A DNA stretch of 64,000 nt, taken from positions 1,918 to 65,917 of the forward strand of contig JAQIBY010000102.1 in NCBI GenBank assembly GCA_027858835.1, given 5' to 3'. This DNA is from Bacteroidales bacterium. GTDB lineage: Bacteria > Bacteroidota > Bacteroidia > Bacteroidales > ML635J-15. The notes beneath the pieces are model-generated. The model ran no database searches, had not been told where the DNA came from, and saw only the letters and a program-made list of their open reading frames with translations. Below, one piece after another: positions 54,293-64,000 of the stretch (within the stretch, counting starts at the first letter, position 1; the number at the start of each line of letters is the position of its first letter). The translations under genes were made by a program, and so were the position numbers.

Positions 54293-55055
54293 TTAATTTG
54301 GCTTCATTCCAGATTGCATCCATCTCTTCTAGGCTCATATCCCTTAATTTTCGATTTATATCACGGGCTTTGTTCTCCAAATAATTAAATCGATATCTGA
54401 ATTTAATATTTGTCCGCTCCAAGGCATTCTCCGGATTCACATCATATAAACGTGCAGCATTTATCAAAGAGAAAAACAAATCACCAAATTCGGCTTCAAC
54501 CTCAGCCTGCGATTTTTCACGGATTGCTTCTTTCACTTCATCAAGCTCTTCCAACACTTTATCCCATACCTGTTCTTTTTCATCCCAATCAAAGCCTACT
54601 GCCCTTGCCTTGTCCTGCATGCGATATGCTTTCACAAGTGCCGGCATAGTATTTGGAACACCGCTCAAAACCCGTTTCTTCGTATTTTCCTTCAGCTTAA
54701 TTTGCTCCCAATTTTCTTCAACTTCCTGAGAATCTCTCACTTTAACATCACCAAAAATATGAGGATGACGGAATATTAATTTTTCACTAATCCCTTTTAA
54801 AACATCCGTAATATCAAAAGCTGATTTTTCTGAACCAATTTTTGCGTAAAACACAATATGCAGCAAAATATCTCCCAGCTCCTCACGAATTGAATCCAAA
54901 TCATTATTTATTATTGCATCAGCAAGCTCGTAAGTTTCTTCAATTGTCAATGTTCTTAATGATTCAAGCGTTTGCTTGCTGTCCCATGGGCATTTTTCCC
55001 GTAGTTCATCCATAATATCTAACAGACGCTTAAATTCTTGTAATGATGATTCCAT
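54276..55055 (-). CDS. mazG: Nucleoside triphosphate pyrophosphohydrolase MazG
   Basis: The motif CPWDSKQTLESLRTLTIEETYELADAI and a duplicated MazG domain are present. ATG 55055 (MESSLQEF) is preferred over the longer track start. Confidence 0.85.
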   Translation of the reverse strand: MESSLQEFKRLLDIMDELREKCPWDSKQTLESLRTLTIEETYELADAIINNDLDSIREELGDILLHIVFYAKIGSEKSAFDITDVLKGISEKLIFRHPHIFGDVKVRDSQEVEENWEQIKLKENTKKRVLSGVPNTMPALVKAYRMQDKARAVGFDWDEKEQVWDKVLEELDEVKEAIREKSQAEVEAEFGDLFFSLINAARLYDVNPENALERTNIKFRYRFNYLENKARDINRKLRDMSLEEMDAIWNEAKLNADNE

Positions 55056-55199
55056 GATAAAAAATTTTGGACAAAGGAATGGAAACATTTTTAATAGATA
55101 AAGCATTGGATGAAAAAGTTTGTAACAGACAAGGCTTAGTTTTCAACCATAAAAAATCACAAAATCGAATTATAATATAGGAAACCTGAAATGAAAAAC

Positions 55200-56339
55200 T
55201 TATTTTGATTGAAATGAAAAACCGATACCCGCCTCAACAGTCTCTGCCTTAAATCCATATGCCTTTACCGATACATTAACAAACAAATTTTCAATGGGAT
55301 AATATCGAAAACCAAGTCGCTCATAAGCCCACTCATCAGCTCTCAAACCCAGAATTCCATTTTTATCAGGAGATGGAATAATATAAACCCCACCTGCAAT
55401 AATGATGCTTAACCGCTTGAGCATAAATTCATGATTGATTGCCATACCCAAACGGGACAAATCTTTCCAATTATAATCATGAAACTCAAATCCGTTCCAA
55501 TATGACCAATTAAATGATTCATTGTAAAATCCATCAAGTGACAAACCCACCTTTCGGTGAGCAGCATACCGGTAATTATATCCTAAAGTGATTGCAGCCG
55601 TGGTGTACATCTGATTTGTTCCAACATTAGCAGTTTCTGTCCCGATATTTACCCTACCAGCGGCACCCATCGCATAAATTTCATGATTTGGATTCCAGAC
55701 AATCGGGCGTTTTGCCCCGGAAAATTGATTGTACTCTCCTTTTAAATAATGCAAAACACCAAGATTAAGGTGCAACTGATTTAATCCTTTGTTTGGGATT
55801 CGTGTCCCTCCATTCGAATAATGCGTTAACCCGACACCCAGTCCAAAAGCCGTTTCTTTTGTCAACCAGTATCTGCCTTGAAACCCGGTATTAAACAGAT
55901 AATTTACCCAGGTTGAGATTGCAATGTTTTCCGGATTATCATATTGATTAAATCGTTCAGAAACATATGTTAAACCACTTGTCAAGCGATACATGATTTC
56001 AAAATCAGCTTGTCGCACAATCGGAACCTCAAGAAATCCATAAAACCCGACAGCATATCCGAGTACATCGGGATTATTCATGTAATCATAATGTAAACCA
56101 AAGCCTGTCATTGGGTAATTATAGGCCACATGCCAATTTTCATTCCCCGCCATTTGCATCCCGACTTCTAACTCAGCCCCCTGAACTAAACCTTTTTGAA
56201 GACTTTCCATACCTAAACGATGAGGCATCACTTGCCCGGTTAAGTATTTACCGCTCACAAATATTGGCAAATTGCTAAGTTGCGCAAATCCAGTAAGTGT
56301 TACCAAGCTAATTATTGCAGTAATCAATGCTTTCATCAT
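55200..56339 (-). CDS. Outer-membrane acyloxyacyl hydrolase / PagL-like lipid A deacylase family candidate
   Basis: It has a signal peptide, a beta-barrel pattern, the motif LTHYSNGGTRIPNKGLN (His-x-Ser-Asn as in PagL-type deacylases), and ends ...GFSFQSK. Confidence 0.45.
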   Translation of the reverse strand: MMKALITAIISLVTLTGFAQLSNLPIFVSGKYLTGQVMPHRLGMESLQKGLVQGAELEVGMQMAGNENWHVAYNYPMTGFGLHYDYMNNPDVLGYAVGFYGFLEVPIVRQADFEIMYRLTSGLTYVSERFNQYDNPENIAISTWVNYLFNTGFQGRYWLTKETAFGLGVGLTHYSNGGTRIPNKGLNQLHLNLGVLHYLKGEYNQFSGAKRPIVWNPNHEIYAMGAAGRVNIGTETANVGTNQMYTTAAITLGYNYRYAAHRKVGLSLDGFYNESFNWSYWNGFEFHDYNWKDLSRLGMAINHEFMLKRLSIIIAGGVYIIPSPDKNGILGLRADEWAYERLGFRYYPIENLFVNVSVKAYGFKAETVEAGIGFSFQSK

Positions 56340-57121
56340 TCAAAAAATTCAATCCTTATTTGTACCCCAACTTCTAAATTCATTAATTGTCGGACATTTG
56401 CTTCTCGCATGGCAATTTCCAATAAATTTAACGAATTAAATAATGCTAAAAATTCTCCTTGTTTTACACTAAGGTAAGATTCCGATATTTTACGGATTTG
56501 ATTTCTTTCCGAGATAAAACTCATCACAAACTTTCGTCCGTTTCTTGCAGCTTCAAATTGATCACGCTCCAAATTTGTCATAGCATTTCCAAAGGAATCA
56601 AAATAAACGATGCCAACATACATCAGGTTTCCTTCCGTTACCGGGATAAGTGCAGTGTTTTCCATTACCTTACTCTCTGCACATCCGATTTCTTCTGGAG
56701 TCATGCCTTTTGCAATGGCCGCGGCAAGCTGAGCAAACACATGATATTCCGGGAAGCTGCTTCCTTCATACTCAAGGGCATCATTTACTAAATACACATG
56801 CTCAGGCTGCTCTCCTATAATAAATGGCCAATATCCTAAATCAGCACCAATAAAGTAGTGCGACTTATGAACAATTAACAACTGCGGTGTTTTGGGTGAT
56901 GCTGAAGAATTCACGCAATTTAAATGGATACTTCCTTTAGGAAATTTCTTCCACGCAGCTTTCAAAACAAAGGCAGCTTCCATGCTGTCAAATTGGGAAA
57001 TATCATGTGTGATGACAGACAGGTCATATCCTGAAGTCAGTTGCAACAAACGAGATCTGAGACTTACTGTATAAAAGTCTTCCTTCTGCCAATCAGATAT
57101 GATGCTGATATTTTTTTGCAT
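56336..57121 (-). CDS. SAM hydrolase / SAM hydroxide adenosyltransferase family (DUF62) protein
   Basis: 261 aa. The N-terminal pattern IISDWQKEDFYTVSLRSRLL...ITHDISQFD and its common pairing beside phoH fit the family. Confidence 0.5.
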   Translation of the reverse strand: MQKNISIISDWQKEDFYTVSLRSRLLQLTSGYDLSVITHDISQFDSMEAAFVLKAAWKKFPKGSIHLNCVNSSASPKTPQLLIVHKSHYFIGADLGYWPFIIGEQPEHVYLVNDALEYEGSSFPEYHVFAQLAAAIAKGMTPEEIGCAESKVMENTALIPVTEGNLMYVGIVYFDSFGNAMTNLERDQFEAARNGRKFVMSFISERNQIRKISESYLSVKQGEFLALFNSLNLLEIAMREANVRQLMNLEVGVQIRIEFFE

Positions 57122-57186
57122 GGATAAAAAAAGCCATTTTTGTCAGTATAAAATTAGAAAATTAAATATTTTTGCATAACAATATT

Positions 57187-58137
57187 ATGACAGAAAGATC
57201 ATTTCTTATCAACATGCCAGATCCAAGCGCTTTGCATGGGTTAAATGATACCAATTTGGAGATCATTAAGCAGCATTTCCCGAAACTCAAACTAGTTTTT
57301 CGTGGTGATAATGTCAAAGCAATCGGCGACAGTGAGCAAATAACTAAGTTTGGAGATTGTCTGGATTTAATGGTAAATTATCATGACAAGTTTCAAAAAT
57401 TGACTACCGACAATGTACGCGAGATATTGAATGCAGGTCCCGGAATGTCTGAGTCAATCCGACATTCCGATGACGATATTTTAGTTTATAGTACGCTTGG
57501 AAAACCAATCAGAGCCCGTACTGAAAATCAAAAAAAGCTGGTTGAATTATCGAAAGATAATGATTTGCTTTTGGCGATTGGTCCTGCAGGTACCGGAAAA
57601 ACCTACACAGCAATTGCACTGGCTGTTAAAGCACTCAAAGACAGAAAAGTTAAACGTATTATTTTAAGCCGCCCTGCAGTTGAAGCCGGGGAAAACCTGG
57701 GTTTTTTACCCGGAGATTTAAAAGAAAAACTTGACCCTTATTTGCAACCACTTTATGATGCATTATTAGATATGCTGCCATACAAAAAGCTGGAGAAAAT
57801 GTTGGAGGAACAAGTTATTCAAATTGCACCGCTTGCTTTCATGCGTGGACGAACTCTCAGCAATTCATTCGCCATTTTAGACGAAGCACAAAACGCAAGT
57901 ATAAATCAACTAAAAATGTTTTTAACCCGCATGGGTGAGCAATCACAATTTATTGTAACGGGCGACATTACACAAATTGATTTACGCCATAAATCAGACA
58001 GCGGATTACCTTATGCAATGGATATCTTAAAAAATATTAAAGGAATCGGGATTGTGAAAATGGGCAGGGAAGATATCATTCGCCATAAGTTGGTTAACGA
58101 TATTGTCAAAGCCTATGAAGATTCAGAAAACAAATAA
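57187..58137 (+). CDS. phoH: PhoH-family ATPase
   Basis: Walker A is GPAGTGKTY, with LSRPAVEAGENLGFLPGD and ILDEAQN. ATG 57187 is preferred over TTG 57172. Confidence 0.85.
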   Translation: MTERSFLINMPDPSALHGLNDTNLEIIKQHFPKLKLVFRGDNVKAIGDSEQITKFGDCLDLMVNYHDKFQKLTTDNVREILNAGPGMSESIRHSDDDILVYSTLGKPIRARTENQKKLVELSKDNDLLLAIGPAGTGKTYTAIALAVKALKDRKVKRIILSRPAVEAGENLGFLPGDLKEKLDPYLQPLYDALLDMLPYKKLEKMLEEQVIQIAPLAFMRGRTLSNSFAILDEAQNASINQLKMFLTRMGEQSQFIVTGDITQIDLRHKSDSGLPYAMDILKNIKGIGIVKMGREDIIRHKLVNDIVKAYEDSENK

Positions 58138-58146
58138 AATAAATAT

Positions 58147-59100
58147 ATGGAAACAATTACGAATGCAAATTTTGATTTCCCAGGTGTGAAAAATGTATAT
58201 CACGGGAAAGTGCGTGAAGTTTACACAATTAAAAACGACCTACTGGTTATGGTTGTTTCTGATCGAATTTCTGCGTTTGATGTTGTCCTGCCGAAAGGAA
58301 TTCCATTCAAAGGACAGGTATTAAATCAAATTGCATCAGAGTTTTTAGATGCAACAAAAGACATTGTCCCGAATTGGAAAATCAGCACTCCGGATCCTAT
58401 GGTTACTATTGGACATTATTGTGACCCATTTCCGGTTGAAATGATTGTTCGCGGGTATTTGACAGGTAGCTCATGGCGTGCGTATAAAAAAGGAGCCCGT
58501 GATATTTGCGGTGTGCCGATTCCTGAGGGGATGAGAGAACATCAGGCATTTGAAAGTCCGATTTTAACACCAACGACTAAGGCAGAACAAGGTGAGCATG
58601 ATGAAAATATTTCCCGTGAAGAAATTCTGCGCCAGGGATTGGTTTCTGAAGAGGACTACCTGAAATTAGAGAAATACTCACTTGAGCTTTTTAAACGGGG
58701 ATCTGAAATTGCCGAAAAACATGGTTTAATTTTGGTTGATACCAAATATGAATTTGGCAAAAAAGATGGGCAAATATATTTAATTGATGAAATTCACACG
58801 CCTGATTCATCCCGCTATTTTTATAAAGAAGGCTATCAAGCACGTTTTGACAAAGGAGAAGCTCAACGACAATTAAGTAAAGAATTTGTTCGCGAGTGGT
58901 TAATGGAAAACGGATTTCAAGGAGAAGCCGGTCAAACACTTCCTGAAATATCAGATGAAAAAGCCAATGAAATCAGCCAACGATATATTGAGCTGTATGA
59001 AAAAATCACGGGACGTAAATTTGAAAAAGCAAATAATGAGAATCTTAAGTCAAGAATTGAAAACAATGTGAAAAATGCAATGGCTTCACTTTTGAAATAA
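58147..59100 (+). CDS. purC: Phosphoribosylaminoimidazole-succinocarboxamide synthase
   Basis: The motifs are [24 protein letters not shown] and [10 protein letters not shown]. Confidence 0.85.
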   Translation: METITNANFDFPGVKNVYHGKVREVYTIKNDLLVMVVSDRISAFDVVLPKGIPFKGQVLNQIASEFLDATKDIVPNWKISTPDPMVTIGHYCDPFPVEMIVRGYLTGSSWRAYKKGARDICGVPIPEGMREHQAFESPILTPTTKAEQGEHDENISREEILRQGLVSEEDYLKLEKYSLELFKRGSEIAEKHGLILVDTKYEFGKKDGQIYLIDEIHTPDSSRYFYKEGYQARFDKGEAQRQLSKEFVREWLMENGFQGEAGQTLPEISDEKANEISQRYIELYEKITGRKFEKANNENLKSRIENNVKNAMASLLK

Positions 59101-59120
59101 AACGAGACAAAATTGCAATA

Positions 59121-59151
59121 AAAAAAAAGCACCTCGTGAGGTGCTTTTTTT
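59121..59151. terminator. Bidirectional terminator between purC and rpsA
   Basis: The hairpin AGCACC-tcgtga-GGTGCT is flanked by an A9 run and a T8 run. Confidence 0.7.
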
Positions 59152-59170
59152 ATTTAGAATCAGAATTAGA

Positions 59171-61441
59171 TTATTCTTTATCAGCGGCTTCATCTTTCTT
59201 GTCAGCGGCTTCATCTTCTGCTTTATCCTCAGCTTTTTCTGCTTTAGGTGCAGCTTTTTTAGCTTTGGGTTTCGCTTCAGGTTTTTCCTCTGATTTCGGA
59301 GCGGCTGCTTTTTCAGCTTTAGCTTCTTCCTTTGGAGCCTCTTCCTTTTTAGTTTCAGCTTTCGGAGTCTCTTCATTAGCTTCTGCTTTCGGAGTCTCCT
59401 CACTAGCTTCTGCTTTCGGAGTCTCTTCATTAGCCTCTGCTTTCGGAGTCTCTTTCACTTCCGCTTTTTTCGTTTTCTTAGGAGCTTTTGAAGCTTTCTC
59501 CTGATCTTCCATTTGCTGTTTCAATTCAGCGAGTCCGGAAACATCACCAAGTGTAGTTTTTTCAATCTTATCATTCATCTTATTGACAGGACGACCACCT
59601 TGTTTTTTACCGGATTTTTTCGGTTGTTCACCTTGTTGTGCACGATTTTCATCTTCGTGGATACGTGAGTGAGAAACGAAAATTTTCTTCGCATCTTTAT
59701 TGAATTCAACAACTTTGAAGTTCATTTTTTCATCCTGTTTTGCAGGAGTTCCGTCCTCTTTCACAAGATGTTTCGGAGTCGCAAATCCTTCAACACCATA
59801 TGGTAAAGAAATTACAGCACCTTTATTGTTAAGGTCAGTAATTGTTCCTTCGTGGATACTTCCAGGGCCAAAGATTGTTTCAAACACATCCCATGGATTT
59901 TCTTCCAATTGTTTGTGTCCGAGACTCAGGCGACGGTTTTCTTTGTCCACCTCAAGTACAACAACTTCCATTTCAATACCGATTTGTGTGAATTCTGCAG
60001 GATGCTTGATTTTCTTAGTCCATGACAAGTCACTGATATGGATAAGTCCGTCAACACCTTCTTCAAGCTCAACAAATACACCAAAGTTTGTAAAGTTACG
60101 AACTTTCGCTTTGTGGCGTGAGCTTACAGGATATTTTTCTTCAATATCAGCCCATGGATCTGGATAAAGTTGTTTGATACCGAGTGACATTTTGCGCTCT
60201 TCGCGGTCAAGGGTAAGAATAACTGCTTCAACTTCATCTTTCACATTCATAAACTCTTGTGCAGAGCGTAAGTGCTGTGACCAAGACATTTCAGAAACGT
60301 GGATAAGTCCCTCAACACCGGGAGCAATTTCAACAAATGCACCATAGTCAGCCATAACCACAACTTTACCTTTAACTTTATCACCCACTTTAAGGTTTTC
60401 ATCAAGGGAATCCCATGGATGTGGAGTAAGCTGTTTAAGACCAAGCGCAATCCGTCTTTTGTCATTATCAAAGTCGAGAATAACCACTTGGATTTTTTCG
60501 TCGAGATTAACAATTTCTTCAGGATGTTGTACGCGTCCCCAAGACAAGTCAGTAATATGGATTAATCCGTCCACACCGCCGAGGTCCACAAATACACCGT
60601 AAGATGTAATATTTTTAACGGTACCTTCAAGGACTTGACCTTTCTCAAGTTTCGCAATAATTTCTTTTTTCTGAGCTTCCAGTTCTGCTTCAATAAGTGC
60701 TTTGTGAGAAACAACCACGTTTTTGTATTCTTGGTTAATTTTCACCACTTTGAAGTTCATGGTTTTCTCAACAAACTGATCGTAATCGCGGATAGGTTTC
60801 ACATCGATTTGTGAACCAGGCAAGAATGCCTCGATACCGAATACATCGACAATCATACCACCTTTTGTGCGACACTTAATGAAACCTTTAATAATTTCAT
60901 CATGTTCAAACGCAGAGTTAACACGTTCCCAGCTACGCAATGAACGAGCTTTTTTGTGGGAAAGAATAAGCTGTCCGTCAGGATCCTCGAGTGTCTCTAC
61001 CATAACCTCGACTTTATCGCCGGGTTGGAGGTCTGGATTGTAACGGAATTCTGTTGCATTAATGACAGCCTCAGATTTGTAACCAATATTAACAACAACT
61101 TCACGTTTGTTAAAACTGACTACGATTCCGTCAATTACTTCATTTTCATTAACGGTTGAAAGCGTTTCGTCATAAACATTTTCGAGCTTTTCCATTTCGT
61201 CTTTGGAATAAACCTCTTCAGTTCTGCCGCCGTCTTCCCAATCAAAATCATCAGTAGGAGTTGCCCAGTCGGTTACAGCCTCAGGGTGTACAGCTTCTTC
61301 AGTTTCTTCAGTTTCAGCAGGTTCAGTTTCTGCTTTTGCTTCTGTTTCAGCTTTTGACTCAACAGGAGCTTGTTTCTTTTCTTGCTGATTTTCAGCCGGT
61401 TGCTCATTATTTTGAGCATCCATGTTTTTTTCTTCAGTCAT
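59171..61441 (-). CDS. rpsA: 30S ribosomal protein S1 with acidic N-terminal and K/E/A/P-rich C-terminal extensions
   Basis: Six S1 (OB) repeats are recognisable (for example GTVKNITSYGVFVDLGGVDGLIHITDLSW and GKVVVMADYGAFVEIAPGVEGLIHVSEMSW). At 756 aa it is long for S1. Confidence 0.85.
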   Translation of the reverse strand: MTEEKNMDAQNNEQPAENQQEKKQAPVESKAETEAKAETEPAETEETEEAVHPEAVTDWATPTDDFDWEDGGRTEEVYSKDEMEKLENVYDETLSTVNENEVIDGIVVSFNKREVVVNIGYKSEAVINATEFRYNPDLQPGDKVEVMVETLEDPDGQLILSHKKARSLRSWERVNSAFEHDEIIKGFIKCRTKGGMIVDVFGIEAFLPGSQIDVKPIRDYDQFVEKTMNFKVVKINQEYKNVVVSHKALIEAELEAQKKEIIAKLEKGQVLEGTVKNITSYGVFVDLGGVDGLIHITDLSWGRVQHPEEIVNLDEKIQVVILDFDNDKRRIALGLKQLTPHPWDSLDENLKVGDKVKGKVVVMADYGAFVEIAPGVEGLIHVSEMSWSQHLRSAQEFMNVKDEVEAVILTLDREERKMSLGIKQLYPDPWADIEEKYPVSSRHKAKVRNFTNFGVFVELEEGVDGLIHISDLSWTKKIKHPAEFTQIGIEMEVVVLEVDKENRRLSLGHKQLEENPWDVFETIFGPGSIHEGTITDLNNKGAVISLPYGVEGFATPKHLVKEDGTPAKQDEKMNFKVVEFNKDAKKIFVSHSRIHEDENRAQQGEQPKKSGKKQGGRPVNKMNDKIEKTTLGDVSGLAELKQQMEDQEKASKAPKKTKKAEVKETPKAEANEETPKAEASEETPKAEANEETPKAETKKEEAPKEEAKAEKAAAPKSEEKPEAKPKAKKAAPKAEKAEDKAEDEAADKKDEAADKE
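59358..59465 (-). repeat. 27-bp x4 in-frame tandem repeat in the rpsA 3' tail
   Basis: Units begin at 59358, 59385, 59412 and 59439 (GCTTTCGGAGTCTCYTCAYTAGCYTCT on the + strand). They encode (E)ETPKAEA(N/S). Confidence 0.9.
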
Positions 61442-61495
61442 CTAATTTCTTTTGTTAATTAGTAGTTAGACATTATTTATAGATTTCACGAGCCG

Positions 61496-61526
61496 CAAAA
61501 GTACCCATTTTTCTGAAAACGACAAG
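61496..61526 (-). promoter_or_regulatory. Putative rpsA promoter
   Basis: On the minus strand, TTG is followed by a 19-nt spacer and then TACTTTTG (a TAnnTTTG -7 box), about 55 nt upstream of the ATG. Confidence 0.35.
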
Positions 61527-61625
61527 GGAAAGTGCTGAAAAATTGCATGTTATCCTTTTTTTTTAAATTGTCAACAAATTTTGCTTTTCATATGTTATAT
61601 TAGCAGAAACATTAAATTATTACAC

Positions 61626-62150
61626 ATGAAAAAAATTGCCATCGTTTATTGGCCTTTACATGGAAATGTAAGTAGAGCCGCAAAAAAAATCCACTCACTC
61701 ATCGCAGAAAAAGCCGACCTATTTGATTTAGCGTCTTTCAGCTCTCTCGAAATACAACAATACGATTATTTTATTGTCGGAAATTCGACTGTCGGCGCAG
61801 ATGCATGGCAAGATGCAAACACCAAAGACAAATGGTTACCCTTTTTCAAACAGATGGAATTTGAGGAAATCTCTATGGAAGGAAAAAAAGTTGCATTATT
61901 CGGACTGGGAGATCAAATTCTGTATCCCGATCATTTTATTGACGGCCTAGCAATTCTTAAAAATGAATTTGAAAAACTTGGTGCTGAAATTCATGGCGAA
62001 TGGTCATCTGAAGGATATGAACACACCGGTTCACAAGCAGAAAAACACGGAAAATTCTTCGGTCTGGCTTTGGATGAAGATCATCAGGATAATCAAACTG
62101 AAACACGAGCTGAAAAATGGCTGCAACAGTTAAGCAAGTTTGGTTTCTAG
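61626..62150 (+). CDS. fldA: Long-chain flavodoxin
   Basis: The N-terminus MKKIAIVY and the C-terminal FGLALDEDHQDNQTETRAEKW are typical. ATG 61626 is preferred over the track start. Confidence 0.75.
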   Translation: MKKIAIVYWPLHGNVSRAAKKIHSLIAEKADLFDLASFSSLEIQQYDYFIVGNSTVGADAWQDANTKDKWLPFFKQMEFEEISMEGKKVALFGLGDQILYPDHFIDGLAILKNEFEKLGAEIHGEWSSEGYEHTGSQAEKHGKFFGLALDEDHQDNQTETRAEKWLQQLSKFGF

Positions 62151-62165
62151 TGCGAAACAAAAGCA

Positions 62166-62198
62166 TAAAAAAACAGTCCATAATGGACTGTTTTTTTT
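62166..62198. terminator. Bidirectional terminator
   Basis: ACAGTCCA (62173-62180) pairs with TGGACTGT (62184-62191), flanked by an A7 run and a T8 run. It overlaps the stop of the M48 gene. Confidence 0.65.
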
Positions 62199-63441
62199 AT
62201 TTTTCTCGTTTCAGAATTAACCCAATCCTTTCGGCAACAGGAGGATGAGAATAAGACAACTTAACCATAAGGGGATGTGGTGTTAAATTGGACAAGTTTT
62301 TTGCAGACAACTTTTTCAATGCTGATATCAATGATTTTCCGTATCCGTAATATGTAGCAAAACCATCGGCTTCCCGTTCGTTTTTTCGAGATAAGGCATG
62401 CATAAAAACCCCAGTTATTGCAGACAGAGGAGTGTAAAGCACAGCAAAACCAATGGCGCCGATATGAAAACTTGCCGACTCCACACCCAAGGCTTGTGAA
62501 AACACATCCTGACCAACAAAGAGTCCGAAAACAAACAACACAAATCCGGTATTTACAGTTGATATAATCAGTGATTTACGGATATGATTTTTTCGAAAAT
62601 GTCCGATTTCATGAGCTAAGACAGCAACAATCTCACCCTCCTCAAAATCATTGATTAACGTATCGTATAACACAATTCTCTTTTTCTTTCCAAGTCCGGT
62701 AAAGTAAGCGTTAGCACGGGTTGATCGCTTTGAACCATCAATAACAAACACATTATCCAAGCGAAAACCGGCATTATCTGCAAATTCGGAAATTTTATCT
62801 CTCAGGCTTCCTGCCTCCAAGGGTGTTTGTTTGTTAAAAAGCGGAACAATTAATGAGGAATAAAATTCTGCCATAAAAATTGAAAACACACTTATAAGTA
62901 TCCATGCCAAAAGCCAAAACCAAGTTTCTGTAGCCTGCCAGATAAGAATAACAAGCGCAAGCAGCCCACCGCCGATAATTGCACTGACAAACATCGACTT
63001 GATTGTATCAAAAATAAAGGTCTTTGGATTAGTTTTATTAAATCCGAATTTTTCTTCAATCACAAAGGTATCATAAATCGAAAACGGAAGGGACAAAATA
63101 AAAGCAGCCATTCCAATTACAGCAAAAAATGCCAGTGCCAGCCAAACTTCAGAATCAATATATTGCCTTAAAAAGCCATCTAGGAAAGCAAATCCATCGA
63201 AAATAAACATAGACACAGTGAGGATAAACATTAACACGGAAGAAAACAATCCGATTTTAAAATTCACCCTGCTATAATCCTGAAATTTCTTATATTCCTT
63301 TTCATCATACACATCCTGCACAGATTCAGGCACCGGCTTTTTTCTCCATTTGTAATTCAAAACGGACGTCCACTTGCCAAAAACAAAATCGACAATGAGA
63401 ATGATTAAAATAGATGCAAATACAAAGTCAGATGTTATCAT
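62197..63441 (-). CDS. M48-family (Ste24/HtpX-like) zinc metalloprotease
   Basis: It has a multi-TM N-domain, the zinc motif HEIGH, and a downstream E..AD. ATG 63441 (MITSDF) is preferred. Confidence 0.8.
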   Translation of the reverse strand: MITSDFVFASILIILIVDFVFGKWTSVLNYKWRKKPVPESVQDVYDEKEYKKFQDYSRVNFKIGLFSSVLMFILTVSMFIFDGFAFLDGFLRQYIDSEVWLALAFFAVIGMAAFILSLPFSIYDTFVIEEKFGFNKTNPKTFIFDTIKSMFVSAIIGGGLLALVILIWQATETWFWLLAWILISVFSIFMAEFYSSLIVPLFNKQTPLEAGSLRDKISEFADNAGFRLDNVFVIDGSKRSTRANAYFTGLGKKKRIVLYDTLINDFEEGEIVAVLAHEIGHFRKNHIRKSLIISTVNTGFVLFVFGLFVGQDVFSQALGVESASFHIGAIGFAVLYTPLSAITGVFMHALSRKNEREADGFATYYGYGKSLISALKKLSAKNLSNLTPHPLMVKLSYSHPPVAERIGLILKREK

Positions 63442-63522
63442 ATGATTGAAATTTATTACAAAGATAGCATATAAAAAAGCCGTCTGCAATGCAAACGGCT
63501 TTTCGATATAATCGTTTATTTA

Positions 63523-64000
63523 TTATTCTTGATTTGCAAGTCTGGTATAATATCTATATCTCCATTTTGCATCTTCTTCAACAATTTTGAACAAGCGATC
63601 TGCTTCTTCTGGGAATGTTTTCATCAATGATGAATAACGCACTTCACTGCGAATGAAGTCCTGGAAGAGAGACCAATCCGGCTCTTTGCTATCAAGTTGG
63701 AACGGATTTTTACCTTCTTTTTCCAACAATGGATTGTAGCGATAATTATGCCAGTATCCTGATTTCACGGCGAGATTTTCTTCAAGTTGAGTTTTACCCA
63801 TCCCAAGTTTCAATCCGTGGTTAATACAAGGAGCATAAGCAATAATTAATGATGGTCCCGGATAAGCTTCCGCTTCTTTAATTGCTTTGAAGTACTGATT
63901 TTGGCTGGCACCCATTGCAACTTGTGCAACATAAACACCACCATAAGTCATTGCCATTGCGCCAAGGTCTTTTTTACGGTTTTTCATTCCGCTGGCAGCA
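63523..64000 (-). CDS. nifJ: Pyruvate:ferredoxin (flavodoxin) oxidoreductase, C-terminal part (ORF continues past the window end)
   Basis: The segment KKDLGAMAMTYGGVYVAQVAMGA...AYAPCINHG...GYWHNYRYNP is characteristic of the PFOR TPP-domain/C-terminus. The frame is open to nt 64000. Confidence 0.8.
   Translation of the reverse strand, partial: AASGMKNRKKDLGAMAMTYGGVYVAQVAMGASQNQYFKAIKEAEAYPGPSLIIAYAPCINHGLKLGMGKTQLEENLAVKSGYWHNYRYNPLLEKEGKNPFQLDSKEPDWSLFQDFIRSEVRYSSLMKTFPEEADRLFKIVEEDAKWRYRYYTRLANQE

Noticed and set aside
59086-59504. ORFs 59086-59430 (-) and 59136-59504 (+), with KRLRKQKL-type and ASSF-type repeats
   Set aside because: They are alternative-frame and antisense readings of the low-complexity, tandem-repeat tail of rpsA. 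The S1 frame is clearly the real one.

Overview
The window has two parts. (1) nt 1 to ~12,740 is the right-hand end of an integrated temperate virus-like element. It is cut by the window start and abuts the 3' end of a tRNA-Arg(TCT) gene. It carries a tyrosine integrase, an XRE-type regulator with operator-like repeats, a lipoprotein moron and a long same-strand operon. In that operon, 18 of 20 ORFs between 413 and 8781 encode small proteins with one or two predicted transmembrane helices. These include a membrane-anchored amidase, a PG-binding protein and a lytic transglycosylase. No tail, portal, terminase or replication gene is recognisable in the visible part. The operon is punctuated by four same-strand arrays (41 units) of a 7-bp iteron CAAT[C/A/T]A[A/G]. 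Three arrays supply the stop codon of one gene and then run exactly up to the ATG of the next. The fourth lies in frame inside the amidase domain. I consider the iteron arrays and the membrane-protein block the most novel content; a membrane-containing tailless virus is my leading hypothesis. (2) nt ~12,740-64,000 is ordinary low-GC Bacteroidota chromosome with an anaerobe-like gene set. It includes mutY, HU, a bS22-like mini-protein, RNase G, DsbD, Lnt, NrnA, three tandem FKBP isomerases and a PEGA/FGE envelope pair. It also includes a TonB-dependent receptor, a PgpH-like HD protein, SOD, etfBA plus acyl-CoA dehydrogenase, rpmH, rsmG, a sigma-70 family factor, mazG, phoH, purC, flavodoxin, an M48 protease and the 3' end of PFOR. 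rpsA here has unusual charged extensions and 27-bp tandem repeats. I found no rRNA, CRISPR array or transposase. All family calls rest on motifs read by eye and should be confirmed by profile searches.
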